Source: Bacteroidetes bacterium UBA1941 (GTDB taxonomy: Bacteria > Bacteroidota > Bacteroidia > Chitinophagales > LD1). Taken from it: a stretch of DNA of 64,000 nucleotides. The notes below the pieces were generated by a model. It did not search any database. It had not been told where the DNA came from and saw nothing but the letters and a program-made list of their open reading frames with translations. The DNA lies in assembly GCA_002336805.1 (NCBI GenBank), contig DDEZ01000010.1, positions 74,895 through 138,894 of the forward strand, given 5' to 3'. Positions within the stretch are counted from its first letter, which is position 1. Every line of letters begins with the position of its first letter. Shown here in pieces: positions 62,353 through 64,000 of this stretch. The position numbers and the translations under genes were made by a program.

Positions 62353-63171
62353 TTACGAATTAACAGAGGCTATAAACGCCACGTTCATGTTTTCATAGAG
62401 TTTGGCAGACAATTCTTCGTATCGTTTGTTGATTTCCTGATCCTGAAATCCCATATCATTCCATGAGCCCATGCCTCCAAATACATTAGAATAGCCAGCG
62501 GCAAAAATCAATTGCTGATTTGCCAAAGGCATGGTTGCAGGGACCATATCGGTGTGATAAAAACCTTCGGATGGCTTCTCTGATGTTAATGTATTTATGG
62601 CTTTCTCAAAAAAATGATCTGCCCACCAGGTTAAACCTTGTTCAGTAGCAAATTTTTTTATTTCAAGCAGAGTTTCCTTCAGTTGGCTTTTTGTTTTTAA
62701 TAAAGCAGGTTTCAATACCCGGATAGGTTGATTGGCATCTATCAGGTCATATGTGACTATCCATATTTTTCTGTCTGATGCCTTTTGATCACCCACTTGC
62801 CACTGTGCAATATAAAAATCTGTGTAGTGATCGTAGACTGCTTCTATAGCCCACGAGCCACCACCGCCTATAAATCCCGCCAACTTGTGATCTCTGGCAA
62901 ATGATTGGTCCCTGGAATGATGGTAGTCTAATTTCAAGCTTCTGCAGCCACCTTGCGACAGCAGAGCAAACCACTCATTGGGATTTTGAGCTATGACTTT
63001 CTTTTTAAGTCTGGTAAAAAAGAAGGCCTTTTTCATCGCTTGAAAATCTACAGAAGCGCAATATTGAAAAGTGCTATTGCCGGGATAAAAATCAGATATA
63101 GGTTTTTGCGTTTTGAGATAAGAATTGCCATGAGTCGCCAATGCGATAAGTTGTGCGAGTGGGCCATTCAT
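62353..63171 (-). CDS. hypothetical protein (no recognised domain), moderately AT-rich
   Basis: 272-aa uninterrupted ORF with no signal peptide. Distinctive blocks are FIGGGGSWAIEAVYDHY and FGGMGSWNDMGF. I cannot place it in a family. Confidence 0.5.
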   Translation of the reverse strand: MNGPLAQLIALATHGNSYLKTQKPISDFYPGNSTFQYCASVDFQAMKKAFFFTRLKKKVIAQNPNEWFALLSQGGCRSLKLDYHHSRDQSFARDHKLAGFIGGGGSWAIEAVYDHYTDFYIAQWQVGDQKASDRKIWIVTYDLIDANQPIRVLKPALLKTKSQLKETLLEIKKFATEQGLTWWADHFFEKAINTLTSEKPSEGFYHTDMVPATMPLANQQLIFAAGYSNVFGGMGSWNDMGFQDQEINKRYEELSAKLYENMNVAFIASVNS

Positions 63172-63210
63172 TTTTCGGGTTTTTAAAGTTCTTGTAGTAA
63201 GGCAAGCTAA

Positions 63211-64000
63211 TCACTCCAGCATTTTTTTCAATTCGTGCAGCTTCATCAGCGCCTCTATCGGCGTCAGCGCATTGATCTCCAGCTTTTCTATCTGAGCCGC
63301 TACACCCTTTAGCTTCGGGTCTGTCATGTCAAACATGCTCATCTGCATTGTCTTGGCCTGCATACCTTTCATCGTGTCTTTGATGTCAGACTGCACGCGC
63401 TTAGACTCCAGCTCTGCCAGTATCTCATTGGCGCGGTCTACTATCAGGCGCGGCATACCCGCCATCTTCGCCACATGTATACCAAAGCTATGCTCTGAGC
63501 CGCCCGGCACCAGCTTGCGGAGGAAGATCACCTTATTGCCCACCTCTTTGGTAGAGACGTGGTAGTTCTTAATGCGTTCGTATTTATCTGCCAGTTCATT
63601 CAGCTCATGGTAGTGCGTAGCGAAGAGTGTTCGCGGATGCGCCCGCGGGTAGTTATGCAGAAACTCCGCCAGCGACCAGGCTATCGAGATGCCATCATAC
63701 GTAGAGGTGCCACGTCCTATCTCATCCAGCAGGATCAGGCTGCGCGCCGTCAGGTTATTCATGATGCCCGCCGTCTCATTCATCTCCACCATAAAGGTTG
63801 ACTCACCCGCACTCAGGTTATCACTAGCTCCCACCCTCGTGAAGATCTTATCTACAAACCCGATCGTGGCTACTGATGCCGGCACATAGCTGCCTATCTG
63901 CGCCATCAGCACAATGAGCGCCGTCTGGCGCAGCAGTGCAGATTTACCGCTCATGTTAGGCCCCGTGATCATCAGTATCTGCTGCTGCGTATCATCCAGG
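63211..64000 (-). CDS. mutS: DNA mismatch repair protein MutS (C-terminal ATPase and dimerisation part; N-terminus beyond window edge)
   Basis: [10 protein letters not shown] (Walker A), [16 protein letters not shown] (Walker B) and FATHYHEL. The frame stays open upstream of the track start (…[15 protein letters not shown]) up to position 64000. Confidence 0.92.
   Translation of the reverse strand, partial: LDDTQQQILMITGPNMSGKSALLRQTALIVLMAQIGSYVPASVATIGFVDKIFTRVGASDNLSAGESTFMVEMNETAGIMNNLTARSLILLDEIGRGTSTYDGISIAWSLAEFLHNYPRAHPRTLFATHYHELNELADKYERIKNYHVSTKEVGNKVIFLRKLVPGGSEHSFGIHVAKMAGMPRLIVDRANEILAELESKRVQSDIKDTMKGMQAKTMQMSMFDMTDPKLKGVAAQIEKLEINALTPIEALMKLHELKKMLE

Noticed and set aside
1-64000. 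Search for rRNA, tRNA, transposase, integrase, phage or toxin-antitoxin modules
   Set aside because: By eye I found no cloverleaf-capable segments in the intergenic regions, no rRNA-like conserved stretches, and no DDE, tyrosine- or serine-recombinase motifs in any ORF. The window appears chromosomal rather than a classical mobile island.

Overview
This is a Bacteroidota-type chromosomal window, about 50% GC by eye. The lineage call rests on T9SS C-terminal sorting domains on four secreted enzymes, TTG-N19-TAnnTTTG promoter boxes and a GYDIA-type GHMP kinase. I count 47 protein-coding genes, two of them cut by the window edges. I found no rRNA, tRNA, CRISPR array, transposase or integrase.

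Housekeeping genes:
- rpsP-rimM, mazG, ftcD, mdh, lgt, menA, menC and the 3' part of mutS.
- A 2-oxoglutarate dehydrogenase set, sucA / sucB / lpdA, that is physically interrupted.

Accessory content:
- Four PhoD-type phosphatases. Two are a tandem duplicate pair carrying T9SS tails.
- A sphingomyelinase-like EEP phosphodiesterase in an operon with three beta-barrel-like proteins.
- A PI-PLC-like phosphodiesterase, an M43 metalloprotease, and a 1799-aa thioester alpha-2-macroglobulin lipoprotein.
- An orphan PAS-GAF-PAS histidine kinase.

Most notable findings:
1. A eukaryote-type sterol cassette. Squalene synthase, squalene epoxidase, class II HMG-CoA reductase and a GHMP kinase lie on one strand. 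A divergent oxidosqualene cyclase has specificity residues (Tyr/His/Ile) that predict cycloartenol.
2. A protein that fuses an ABC-exporter transmembrane domain to a HlyD adaptor with no ATPase domain. It is translationally coupled to a TolC-like gene and sits between sucA and sucB.
3. An 870-bp non-coding tract after the macroglobulin gene. It holds a family of stem-loops with different stems but a conserved GTTT-CCTAGC-AAAC apex, plus a nested 190-bp inverted-repeat element.
4. A visibly AT-rich FRG-domain gene wedged between two convergent native genes.

All functional calls come from motif reading of the translated ORFs. No database search or computed statistic was available.
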